A stretch of 64,000 nucleotides of DNA. It comes from Candidatus Methanomethylophilaceae archaeon (GTDB lineage: Archaea; Thermoplasmatota; Thermoplasmata; Methanomassiliicoccales; Methanomethylophilaceae). The translations under genes and the position numbers were made by a program. Positions within the stretch are counted from its first letter, which is position 1. Each line of letters opens with the position of its first letter. Where the stretch lies: assembly GCA_944320495.1 (NCBI GenBank), contig CALUHR010000013.1, forward strand, positions 320,001 to 384,000. Direction: 5' to 3'. A model generated the notes under the pieces. It worked only from the letters and a program-made list of their open reading frames with translations, was not told where the DNA came from and did not search any database. Shown here piece after piece: positions 42,350 to 52,191 of this stretch.

Positions 42350-42505
42350 TCGCCCTGGCCTTCTGAGCTGGACCTCCCCTACCTCCGTCACGGCGGCGTG
42401 GCCGGCATGCGGGGACGAAGGGCGGGGTGCAGCCCATCGGCACATCGTTCGAGGGAAGGCCACCTGCGTGCGCACCGGCCCCGTCGATCCCGCCCTTTAA
42501 GGAAT

Positions 42506-42515
42506 CTTTATAAAG
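42506..42515. promoter_or_regulatory. Palindromic TATA-box candidate upstream of rps6e
   Basis: CTTTATAAAG, about 35 nt before the ATG at 42550. Confidence 0.55.
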
Positions 42516-42549
42516 GTCTCCCCTTTAGCCCGACGTCACAGGTGTTCAA

Positions 42550-42957
42550 ATGGCAGACTTCAAAGTCGTTGTGAACGATGTCAAGACTGGAAAGTCCTAC
42601 GCCGTCCCCGTGACCGGTCACCACGCGAACTCTCTGATTGGCGTTAGCGTCGGAGAGGTCGTTGATGGTGTTTTCGTGGGCCTTCCCGACTACAAGCTCC
42701 AGGTAACCGGAGGCTCCGACTCCAACGGAACCCCCATGAGGAAGGACCTCCCCGGCAACAAGAGGGTCAAGCTCCTCCTCTCCGACGGACTCGGATTCCA
42801 CGAGGTCTATCACGGAGAGAGGAAGAGGGTCGCCATCCGCGGCGCACAGATCTCCGATGCGATCGTCCAGATCAACATGAAGGTCGTCGAGTACGGACCC
42901 AAGACCATCGAGGAGATCCTCAACCCCGCTCCCGAGGGAGAGGCTCCCGCGGAGTAA
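42550..42957 (+). CDS. rps6e: 30S ribosomal protein S6e
   Basis: [25 protein letters not shown] and QINMKVV motifs. Confidence 0.96.
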   Translation: MADFKVVVNDVKTGKSYAVPVTGHHANSLIGVSVGEVVDGVFVGLPDYKLQVTGGSDSNGTPMRKDLPGNKRVKLLLSDGLGFHEVYHGERKRVAIRGAQISDAIVQINMKVVEYGPKTIEEILNPAPEGEAPAE

Positions 42958-42962
42958 TTCAG

Positions 42963-44198
42963 ATGAAGGTACCGAAGCAGCCCGAGATCAACATCGGGAT
43001 GATCGGTCACGTCGACCACGGAAAGACCACCCTCACCAAGGCCCTCTCGGGCGAGTGGACGGACCGTCACTCGGAGGAGCTGAAGAGGGGAATCTCCATC
43101 CGTCTCGGATACGCCGACGTGGCGTTCTACAAGTGCCCCGAGTGCCAGGGCGCCGCCGCATACGGCACCACCAAGAAGTGCAAGAACTGCGGTGCCGACG
43201 CCGAGTTCCTGAGGGCCGTGTCCTTCGTGGACGCCCCCGGGCACGAGACGCTCATGGCGACGATGCTCTCCGGAGCCGCCCTCATGGACGGAGCCCTGCT
43301 GCTGGTGGCCGCCAACGAGAAGTGTCCCCAGCCCCAGACCAAGGAGCATCTGATGGCCCTGTCTATCATCGGCATAGACAAGATCATCATCGTCCAGAAC
43401 AAGATCGACATCGTGACCCGCGAGCAGGCCATCGAGAACTACAAGCAGATCAAGGAGTTCGTCAAGGGCACCATCGCGGAGAACGCGCCGATCATACCGA
43501 TCTCGGCCAACCGCGGCGTGAACATCGACATGCTCATCGAGGCCATCGAGGAGCACATCGTCTCCAAGATCGAGAGGAACCCCGACGCCACCCCGCTGAT
43601 GCACGTGGCCCGTTCCTTCGACATCAACTCCCCCGGAGCCAAGCCCGAGGAGCTGAGGGGCGGAGTCCTCGGAGGGTCCCTCATGCAGGGCACCCTGAAG
43701 GTCGGCGACGAGATCGAGATCGCGCCCGGACGCAAGACCGAGGTCGCGGGCAAGGTGGTCTACGAGAACATCAGGGCCACCGTCACATCTCTCGAGGCCG
43801 GAGGCAAGAGCGTCAAGAAGGTCGTTCCCGGAGGGCTGATCGCCATCGGAACTGGTCTCGACGCGGCCATGACCAAGTCGGACGGACTCACCGGGAGGGT
43901 CATCGGACGCCCCGGAGAGCTGCCCCCCGTGGTCCACGACTTCGAGATGAAGACCGTGCTGCTGGACCGTGTCGTTGGCTCGTCCGCCGAGCTCTCGGTG
44001 GACGACATCAAGAGCAACGAGCCCCTGATGCTGAGCGTCGGAACCGCGACGACCGTGGGCGTCGTCAAGAGCGCCAGGAGCGGCTCCGCCGAGGTCGCCC
44101 TCAAGATCCCCGTGTGCATCCTGCCCGGGCAGAGGGTCGCCATCTCCAGGCGCATCTCCAACAAGTGGAGACTCATCGGCTACGGTATCGTCGAGTGA
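42963..44198 (+). CDS. eif2g: Translation initiation factor aIF2 gamma
   Basis: [32 protein letters not shown] and KWRLIGYG motifs. Confidence 0.98.
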   Translation: MKVPKQPEINIGMIGHVDHGKTTLTKALSGEWTDRHSEELKRGISIRLGYADVAFYKCPECQGAAAYGTTKKCKNCGADAEFLRAVSFVDAPGHETLMATMLSGAALMDGALLLVAANEKCPQPQTKEHLMALSIIGIDKIIIVQNKIDIVTREQAIENYKQIKEFVKGTIAENAPIIPISANRGVNIDMLIEAIEEHIVSKIERNPDATPLMHVARSFDINSPGAKPEELRGGVLGGSLMQGTLKVGDEIEIAPGRKTEVAGKVVYENIRATVTSLEAGGKSVKKVVPGGLIAIGTGLDAAMTKSDGLTGRVIGRPGELPPVVHDFEMKTVLLDRVVGSSAELSVDDIKSNEPLMLSVGTATTVGVVKSARSGSAEVALKIPVCILPGQRVAISRRISNKWRLIGYGIVE

Positions 44199-44203
44199 GC
44201 GTC

Positions 44204-44569
44204 ATGCAGACGGTCGTGCTCGACACAAACGCCTTACTGATGCCCTTCGAGATCAGGATAAACCTGGACCTCGCCCTGCAGGAGCTGCTGGGCGACACCA
44301 GGATCCTGGTCCCGGGCCCCCTCATAGGGGAGCTGAAGCATCTGGACCACAAGTTCTCCGGTGCGGCGCTCGCGCTCGCCCGCAAATACGAGATCATCCC
44401 CACCGTCGCCACCGGCGACAGCGCCGTCATCGAGTTGGCGAAGCGGGAGAACGCCTTCGTGCTCACCAACGACAGGGAGCTCCGCAGGCGTCTCAGGCGC
44501 GAGAAGGTCCCGATCATCTACCTCAGGTCCGGCACCCATCTCACGATGGAGAGGTATCTCGGGGACTGA
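44204..44569 (+). CDS. PIN-domain protein (Fcf1/Utp24-like)
   Basis: VVLDTNALL and VLTNDRELRRR motifs; usual position after aIF2 gamma. Confidence 0.9.
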   Translation: MQTVVLDTNALLMPFEIRINLDLALQELLGDTRILVPGPLIGELKHLDHKFSGAALALARKYEIIPTVATGDSAVIELAKRENAFVLTNDRELRRRLRREKVPIIYLRSGTHLTMERYLGD

Positions 44570-44610
44570 GACGGGCAGTCGTTATCTACCCTCCCCCCGA
44601 TTCGGGGACC

Positions 44611-45135
44611 ATGGCATGGCCGTTCGGTAAGAAGGATGAGAAGCCGGTCGAGAACAAGCTGCCGGAGCAGTCCGAGAGGCAGTACAACCTGTTCTGGATG
44701 ATCCGCATGAGCCCGTTCGCCGACCGCTCGGACGAGGAGGTCCAGCAGGCCATCGACAGGAAGATCGCGGAGGTCGAGAGGACCCTGAGGACCCAGCCCG
44801 TCGAGATGGTCCGCGTCAAGAGCGAGAGGAAGGTCGAGAAGCTGAAGGCGCTCTCCGGTGACAGCGCAGCCATCGCCGCCGAGAGGGACGAGGCCATCCT
44901 CCACTTCAACAGGAACATGATCGAGGACAACGGAGGTTCCGTCCCCACCGATCCCGAGAAGATCTCGGCCACCGTGTCCAGGGAGGGGTGGGCCGACGGG
45001 ACGGGGCTGGTGGACGTCGATGGGATGCCCCACTGCCCCAGATGCGGCTACATCAACAGGAAGACGAAGGTCTGCGTCAACTGCGGATCGAAGCTGAGGC
45101 ACCGAGTCCTGCGATGCCTCGAGAAAACGATTTAA
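44611..45135 (+). CDS. Hypothetical protein with C-terminal Zn ribbon; may end at CGA 45103-45105
   Basis: CPRCGY...CVNCGSKLRH, then CGA; the first canonical stop is TAA at 45133. Confidence 0.7.
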   Translation: MAWPFGKKDEKPVENKLPEQSERQYNLFWMIRMSPFADRSDEEVQQAIDRKIAEVERTLRTQPVEMVRVKSERKVEKLKALSGDSAAIAAERDEAILHFNRNMIEDNGGSVPTDPEKISATVSREGWADGTGLVDVDGMPHCPRCGYINRKTKVCVNCGSKLRHRVLRCLEKTI

Positions 45136-45145
45136 GTCGTTTCAC

Positions 45146-45166
45146 GGGCCGGGTGTCGCCCGGCCC
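45146..45166. terminator. Hairpin between convergent genes
   Basis: GGGCCGGG-TGTCG-CCCGGCCC. Confidence 0.5.
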
Positions 45167-45171
45167 GACGA

Positions 45172-45651
45172 TCACTCGACGACCTCGGCCTTCAGGATCT
45201 TGACGTCCTCGAGGGGCCTGTCCCTGCGGTCGGTCTCGACCCTGCCGATCCTGTCGACGACGTCCATGCCGGAGACGACCTCGCCGAACACGGGGTGAGC
45301 GGACGGGGTGCGGGGGTCCTCCTTGTCGAGGTACTTGTTGTCCACGGTGTTGATGAAGAACTGGCTGCCTCCGGAGTGGGGCCTGCCGGTGTTGGCCATG
45401 GAGATGGTTCCCCTGACGTTGGAGTGGCCCTTGCCGAACTCGTCCTCGATGGTGTAGCCGGGTCCGCCCATTCCGGTGCCGGTGGGGTCCCCGCCCTGGA
45501 TCATGAATCCGTCGATGACCCTGTGGAAGATGGTGCCGTCGTAGAAGCCCTCCTTCGCCAGCTTGACGAAGTTGCCGGTGGTGATGGGCATGTCCTCGTT
45601 CATCTTCAGGGTGATGTCTCCCATGGTAGTGTGGAGGATGACCTGAGTCAT
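45172..45651 (-). CDS. ppiA: Cyclophilin-type peptidyl-prolyl isomerase
   Basis: FHRVIDGFMIQGGDP, SMAN, GSQFFIN and VFGEV motifs. Confidence 0.96.
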   Translation of the reverse strand: MTQVILHTTMGDITLKMNEDMPITTGNFVKLAKEGFYDGTIFHRVIDGFMIQGGDPTGTGMGGPGYTIEDEFGKGHSNVRGTISMANTGRPHSGGSQFFINTVDNKYLDKEDPRTPSAHPVFGEVVSGMDVVDRIGRVETDRRDRPLEDVKILKAEVVE

Positions 45652-45730
45652 GCACGCTCCATCCGCCCCGTGTCCTTAAACCCTTCCGCCGACCGTCCCG
45701 TTATATCGTCGCATGCCGTGCATGTTCCCG

Positions 45731-47083
45731 ATGGATCCGTTCAGGCTGCAGGACCACGGCACGACGCCGGAGAGGGAGGCTGTCGCAGGTTTCACCACGT
45801 TCCTCTCGATGGCGTACATCCTGGTCACCGTGCCGGGGATACTCTCATCGCCGGACGGGATGCAGTGGGGCGCCGTGTTCCTGGCGTCGGCGATATCGTC
45901 GGCCGTCGGCACCCTCGTCATGGCGCTGTACGCCAACGTGCCGTACGCGCTGGCCCCAGGCCTCGGGATGGCCTCGTTCCTCACGGTGACCGTGTGCGGT
46001 GACATGGGATTCACCTGGCAGGAGGGTCTGTCGATCGTCTTCATATGTGGACTCGTGAACATCGCCATAACCCTGAGCAACGTCCGCCGCCTGATTATCG
46101 CGGCCATACCCCGCAGCCTCCAGCTGGCGATATCCGGGGGCATAGGGCTGTTCCTGGCCTACGTCGGACTGCTGGAGTCCGGCCTCCTGGACCTGTCGGG
46201 GAGCACCCCCGCCCTGGGCGATCTGGCCAGCCCCCAGGTACTGCTGTTCCTCGTCGCCCTCGTCGTGTCGATGCTCCTGTACATCCGCAACGTCCGTGGG
46301 GCGCCGATCATCGCCATCGCGGTCATCGCCCTCCTGGGCATCCCGATGGGCGTGACGCACATGGGTGACAACGTGGGCTTCGGAGAGGCAGTGTCCCAGC
46401 TATGCTCCTCCTTCGGGGCGATCTTCACATCCGAGGGCATACCGGCGCTCTTCTCCGACACCAGCAGGATACTGCTGGCGCTGGTCGCCATCGTATCATT
46501 CAGTCTGGTGGACACGTTCGACACCATCGGGTCGTTCGTGGGGACCGGGAGGAAGGCCGGCATATTCACGGAGGAGGAGATGACGACCGCCGGCGATGGC
46601 GGGTTCAGGACGCGGATGGACCGCGCCCTGGTGGCCGATTCCGTCGCGACCTCCGTGGGGGCGGTGTTCGGCACCTCGAACACCACGACGGTGCTCGAAT
46701 CGGTGGTGGGGATCTCGCAGGGCGGCAGGACGGGTCTGGCATCCGTGGTGACGGCCGCGTGTATCCTGCTCATAATGCCGGCGGCGGCACTCATCAGCGT
46801 CATACCAGTGCCGGCCTATTCCGCGATCCTGGTGATGGTGGGCGTGATGATGCTCTCGTCGTTCAGGAGCATCGACTGGGAGGACCTGGGGGAGGCGGTC
46901 CCGGCGTTCTTCGCGGGGCTGTTCATCGCCCTCTGCTACAACATCAGCTACGGGATCGGATTCGCGTTCATCGCCTTCTGTCTGACCAGGGTGTTCCTCG
47001 GCCGTGCCGGGGAGGTCAGCAGGCTGATGTGGGTCGTCTCAGCCCTTTTCGCGGTGATGTTCGCGCTGCAGGCGATCGTGCGA
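45731..47083 (+). CDS. NCS2/AzgA-family purine permease; inferred to end at CGA 47081-47083
   Basis: AGFTTFLSMAYI, ALAPGLG, DTFDTIGS, TSNTTTVLES and QGGRTGL motifs; ends ALQAIV then CGA. Confidence 0.92.
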
Positions 47084-47095
47084 TCGCGAGAAGCC

Positions 47096-48145
47096 TCGCC
47101 TGCGCTTCCTTCCGGACATCGCCACATAGGCGAGCAGATGTTCCAGCTGCACCCTCTCGAGGGGCATGCCCATGCCCCCGGACCCGCACTGGGCTATGCG
47201 GAAGTCCGTCTCCCCGACCTTGTCCAGGAGCCTCACGGCCTCCGCCCCCTCCAGCCCGAGCTCCAAGGCCTGCCTCTGGATCTCCGTGGCGATCTCGCGG
47301 CAGGTCATGCCCTCGCCGATGAGCAGCCCGTCCAGCGCGTCCCTGGCGGCCATGAAGTCGCCCGAGCGTGCCTTGGAGAGCATGTCCCTGACCCCGTTGG
47401 AGGAGCGGGTCTCGGACACGGCGAAGACCGCGTCGAGGTCCACGCGGCCTCTGGTCACGGCGGCCGCCTGGAGCATGGCCATCGCCCTCCTGATGTCCCC
47501 GTCGGCGGCCATGGCGATACCGTCCGCCGCCCCGCGGTCCAGTTCGACGCCCTCGGACTCTGCGACCTCGACGATGCGCTTCGAGAGGTCGGCGCGGGGT
47601 ATGGGGACGAACCTGACGACCCCGCACCTGGACCTCACGGGGTCGATTATCATGGACTGGTGGTTGCAGGCGAGGATGAACATGCAGTTGCGGGAGTAGA
47701 CCTCCATGGTGCGCCTGAGGGCCTCCTGCACCTCCTTGGACATCGTGTCGACCTCGTCGATGAAGACGACCCTGAACCTGACTCCGTCTATCGATGCCGT
47801 GGACACGAACTCCTTGATTCTCCAGAGGGGGCTGTCCATCGTCTTGGTGACGGTCCTGACGGTCGTCTCTCCCTCGTCATCGGTCTCCGTGACGGTGACC
47901 TCGCGTTTCTTGGTGAGGTCGGAGGCGTCGATCTCCAGGAAGTTGCCCTCGATGTTGCCCTCCAGGACCTCCCTCGCGACGATGAGCGCGCAGGTGGTCT
48001 TGCCGGTCCCCGGGGGGCCCGCCAGGAGGAGGTGCGGCACGCTCTGCTGGGACGTCAGCGGTCTGAGCCTCTCGACGGCCATCGGCTGGCCCACGATCCC
48101 GTCCAGGGATGTCGGCCTGTACTTCTCCATCCAGACGGACTCCAT
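47096..48145 (-). CDS. rfcS: Replication factor C small subunit paralogue; inferred to end at CGA 47096-47098
   Basis: [34 protein letters not shown] and GDIRRA motifs. Confidence 0.92.
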
Positions 48146-48239
48146 CTTGATCGGGGGTCCATGCCCCTCGACCTATTAGGGTCCATCGTCCGTCGCAATC
48201 TGCTTATATCGCAAACTGGTTAAGCGGTCACTTAATGGG

Positions 48240-49040
48240 ATGAACGGCATGGACGACATCGCGGAGGATCTGAGGGTGGTGTCGGACGGGACGAGGTTCT
48301 CGATCCTGGCCATCCTCCTCAGGCACGACATCTGCTCCGGGGCCCTGGCACGCAGGCTGGGGATATCCGAGGCGGCCGTGTCCCAGCACATGAGGGTGCT
48401 GAGGGAGGCCGGTTTCGTCACTCCCGTCCGCCGCGGGTACTTCACCCACTACGAGGTGGACCGCGACAGGATCCGCATGCTGGCACATGCTCTGGAGGCC
48501 ATGTCCCTGAGCGACCGCGCCCCATGCGACCCGGTCCTCGAGGGATGTGACAGGAAGGGCCGCGGGAGCTGCCGGTCGGCGGTCCCCGGTGCCGGATGTC
48601 CCAGGATGGAGGGCGGTGAGCCCCCTTGCCCGGGGTGCCGCCGCTGCATGACAGAGAGAAGGTCGGGAATCATGAGGGTAGCAGCCACATACGAGAACGG
48701 GGAGGTCTTCCAGCACTTCGGGAGGACGCAGCAGTTCAAGGTCTACGATATCGAGGACGGGAGGGTGGTCTCGTCCGCGGTCCATGGGACCGGCGGCAGG
48801 GGTCACGGCGAGCTCATCAATGTGCTGAGGGAGCTCGATGTCTCCGCGCTCATCTGCGGGGGCCTCGGGGGCGGTGCGATGCAGGGGCTCGAGGCTTCGG
48901 GCATACGTGTCGTGCCGGGATGCTCCGGGGATGCGGACGCCGCCGTGCAGGCGTTCGCCGAGGGGAGGCTGGAGGGACCCACGGGGCCCACCTGCGACCA
49001 CCACGGCGAGGGTCACCAGTGCTCCTGCGGGAGGCACCGA
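48240..49040 (+). CDS. ArsR-family HTH, Cys-rich linker and NifB/NifX (FeMo-co-binding-like) domain in one reading frame; inferred to end at CGA 49038-49040
   Basis: ArsR motifs (TRFSIL, SQHMRVLREAG); NifX-like VFQHFGRT...LICGGLGGGA from ATG 48672; His/Cys-rich tail CDHHGEGHQCSCGRH. Confidence 0.82.
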
Positions 49041-51239
49041 TCGCCCGTAGAACGGGACCGAGTCCCAGCCGGTGCGGCGCCTCCTTATGCGCCGGCCGGC
49101 GTCCTCGTACCCGTCCATGACCTCCTTGGTCACGGACGGCATCACGAGCCCCAGCGCCGCATCGAAATGACGCTGGCACACCTTCGCGGCCCCGGGGTCC
49201 TCGCGGTAGGCGGCCAGTCCCGCCTCGCGGCACACCGAGGCGAGGTCCGCGCCGGTGTAGCCGTCGGTGGACCTCGCGACCGCATCCAGGTCCACGCCGT
49301 CCAGAGGCATCCTCTTTGTGTGCACCGCCAGTATGCTCCTGCGGGCCCTCTCGTCGGGCTTCCCCACGAGGACGAGCCTGTCGAACCTGCCGGGCCTCAG
49401 CAGGGCCGGGTCTATCATGTCCGGGCGGTTGGTGGCGCCCATGACGGTCACGTTGCGCATGCCCTCGACCCCGTCCATCGAGGTGAGGAGCTGGGCGACG
49501 ACCCTCTCCCATGCGGAGCCGTCCCCCGCTCCGCGGATGGGGGCGATCGAGTCCAGCTCGTCGAAGAATATGATGCAGGGGGCCATCTGCTTGGCCCTCT
49601 TGAAGATCTGACGGATGGCGCGCTCGCTCTCGCCCATCCACTTGCTGGCCATCTCGGGACCGTTGACCGAGATGAAGTTGGTCCCGGACTCGTTGGCCAT
49701 CGCCTTCGCTATCAGGGTCTTGCCGGTCCCGGGCGGTCCGTAGAGCAGGACCCCCTTCCCCGGCTCGATGCCGAGCCTCTCGCAGGGGTTGCCCTCCTCG
49801 GTGGACAGCACCTCGCGGATCTGCGCCCTCACATCGTCCAGGCCCCCGACGTCCTCCCAGGTGACCTTGGGGATCTCGACCAGCACCTCGCGCATGCCAC
49901 TGGGCTCCACGTCGGACAGCGCAGCCCTGAAGTCGTCCATGGACACGCGCATGCTCTCGAGGATCTCCGACGGGACCTTCCGGTCCAGGTCGAACTCCGA
50001 CATGCGGGCGCTGAGGCAGTGCATGGCGGCCTCCCTGCAGAGGGCGGCCAGGTCGGCGCCCACGAAACCCTGGGTCATGGAGGCGAGCGCGTCCGGGGTG
50101 ACGTCCTCGGTCAGTGGCATCTCCCTCAGGTGGACGGAGAGGATGTCCGCCCTCGCCTTCCTCCCGGGAATCCCGACCTCGATCTCCCTGTCGAACCTTC
50201 CAGGGCGTCTCAGCGCCGGGTCGATGGAGTCCTCCCTGTTGGTGGCGCCGATGACTATGACGTTCCCCCTGTCCCCGAGGCCGTCCATCAGGGTGAGGAG
50301 CTGGGCCACCACCCTGCGCTCCACCTCGCCAGAGACCGCGTCCCTGCTGGGGGCGATGGAGTCTATCTCGTCCAGGAACACGATGCTGGGTGCGCTCTCC
50401 TCCGCCTTCTTGAATATCTCCCTCAGGCGCTCCTCGCTCTGGCCGTAGTACTGGCCCATGATCTCCGGTCCGCGGACCGAGAACAGGGTGGCGCCCGACT
50501 CGTTGGCGACCGCCTCGGCCATGAGGGTCTTCCCTGTGCCGGGCGGTCCGTAGAGGAGTACGCCCCTCGGGGCCCCTATGCCCAGGCGCTCGAAGAGCTC
50601 CGGATGCTTCAGGGGGAGCTCTATCATCTCACGGATGCGCTTCAGCTCGTCATCCAGGCCGCCCACGTCGTCATAGGTGATCTGATGGCCGGTCTGGCTC
50701 TTCGCCGTCTCACGCTTGCGGGGACCGTCCCTGACGACAACCTTGGTGGATTCCGTGACGATGACCGGTCCCTTCGGGACGGTGGATGCGACCGAGAACG
50801 TGGAGCGGTTGCCCATGAGGGCGATGTTCGGCACGATGATGTCCGTGTCCGCCACGAGGGGGCGGTTGAGGAGCCCCCGGAGGAAGATCTCCTCGATCCC
50901 GTCCTCGAACCTGATGCGCTTGCCCTCGGGGATGTTCGGGGAGAGGACGACCTGCTCGGCGGGGGCGGGGTCGCATCTCCTCACGGTGACGCTCTCGTCC
51001 ACGCTGACCCCCGCGTTGGTCCTGGTGAGGCCGTCTATCAGCAGCAGGCCGCGGCCCTCGTCCGTCTGGTCGCCCTTGAAGACCTTGGCGACGACGGTGC
51101 GCTTCCCGACGATCTCGATGGTGTCCCCCAGCTCCAGACCGAGGGCCCTGCGGGACTCGGAGTCCATCCTAGCCCTCCCATATCCCGCCTCGGACTGGGA
51201 CCTGGCCATCGCGACTTTCAGGACGATCGAATCGGACAT
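49041..51239 (-). CDS. cdc48: CDC48/VAT AAA+ ATPase; inferred to end at CGA 49041-49043
   Basis: N-domain plus two AAA modules (GPPGTGKT twice, FLDEIDS, FFDELDS, RPGRFDR); ends WDSVPFYG then CGA. Confidence 0.95.
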
Positions 51240-51269
51240 CGCCCGTAATGAATGCGTCCGCTCGGATAA

Positions 51270-52076
51270 TCATCGCGGTCCCGATCGCTCCCGCAGGCTT
51301 TCCATGGCGTCCGCCGCGTGGGCCCTGAACAGGTCCCTGAACTCGGGGTACTCGCCCATGCCGCGAACGATGCAGCGGGGGTTGTACCCGGCCGCGGCCA
51401 TGACGCTCCTGAGGGAGTCCTCCTCGTCCCCGGCGAGGTCGTTGTTGGCGTGGTCCCCGGCGACGATCATGAGCGGGAACATCGCGACATCCTTGCGATC
51501 ACAGCCCTCCATGAGGCCGAGGGTGCTGTCGTAGTCGGGGAAACCCTCCACCGTCGTGACGTAGACGTCCCTGCGGCCGGAGGCGATCAGCCTGAGCTGG
51601 AGCTCGCTGTACGCCGAGTTCGCGAAGTGGGTGGTGCCGTGGCCCATGAGCACCATGGCGTCGCCTTCCGCCTCGGGGCCGTATGCGGCCCCGATCGCCT
51701 CGATGAGGGCGTCGAAGTCCTCGGAGGTCGTCAGGAGAGGCCTCCCGACGGTGATGGCGTCGAACCTGTCTCTGCGCCTCTCCACCTCCTCCATCATGTA
51801 GTCGTACTCGACGCCGTTCATCACGAGCGTGGGCTGGACCACCACGGTCCCGTAGCCCTCGTCGGCCAGCCTGTCCAGGGCGGCATCGACGAAGTCGACG
51901 TGGATGCCCCTCTTCTCGAGGATCCTTATCACCGGACGGCTGGTGAACGCCCTCCTGACATCCCATCCGGGGAAGGATTCTGCGATGTGCCTCTCGATGG
52001 CGCCGATGGTCTTCTCGCGGGTATCATCGTAGCTCGTCCCGTAGCTGGCGACGAGGATGGCCTTCTTTTCCGACAT
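51270..52076 (-). CDS. cbiK: Sirohydrochlorin cobaltochelatase CbiK; may end at CGA 51285-51287
   Basis: LVASYGTS, RRAFTS, MGHGT, TVEGFP, PLMIVAGDHANND and GMGE motifs. Confidence 0.93.
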   Translation of the reverse strand: MSEKKAILVASYGTSYDDTREKTIGAIERHIAESFPGWDVRRAFTSRPVIRILEKRGIHVDFVDAALDRLADEGYGTVVVQPTLVMNGVEYDYMMEEVERRRDRFDAITVGRPLLTTSEDFDALIEAIGAAYGPEAEGDAMVLMGHGTTHFANSAYSELQLRLIASGRRDVYVTTVEGFPDYDSTLGLMEGCDRKDVAMFPLMIVAGDHANNDLAGDEEDSLRSVMAAAGYNPRCIVRGMGEYPEFRDLFRAHAADAMESLRERSGPR

Positions 52077-52191
52077 GTGAGTTGGATATATGCTCCACCT
52101 TAAAAATCCACCCGAAGGCCCTCCGGCGCCCGGTTCCCGACTGAACACTTAATATCAGCAAGGGGATGCGAGGGCAGTCAGAGGAAGTCCA

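Noticed and set aside
42356-42462. 5S rRNA
   Set aside because: Size and closing helix are suggestive, but conserved 5S motifs (e.g. CCGAAC loop, GAAGUUAAG) are absent on both strands.
48228-51248. Two fully overlapping ~1000-aa ORFs on opposite strands
   Set aside because: Each consists of a real gene plus the antisense shadow of the other; both resolve at the abutting CGA codons.
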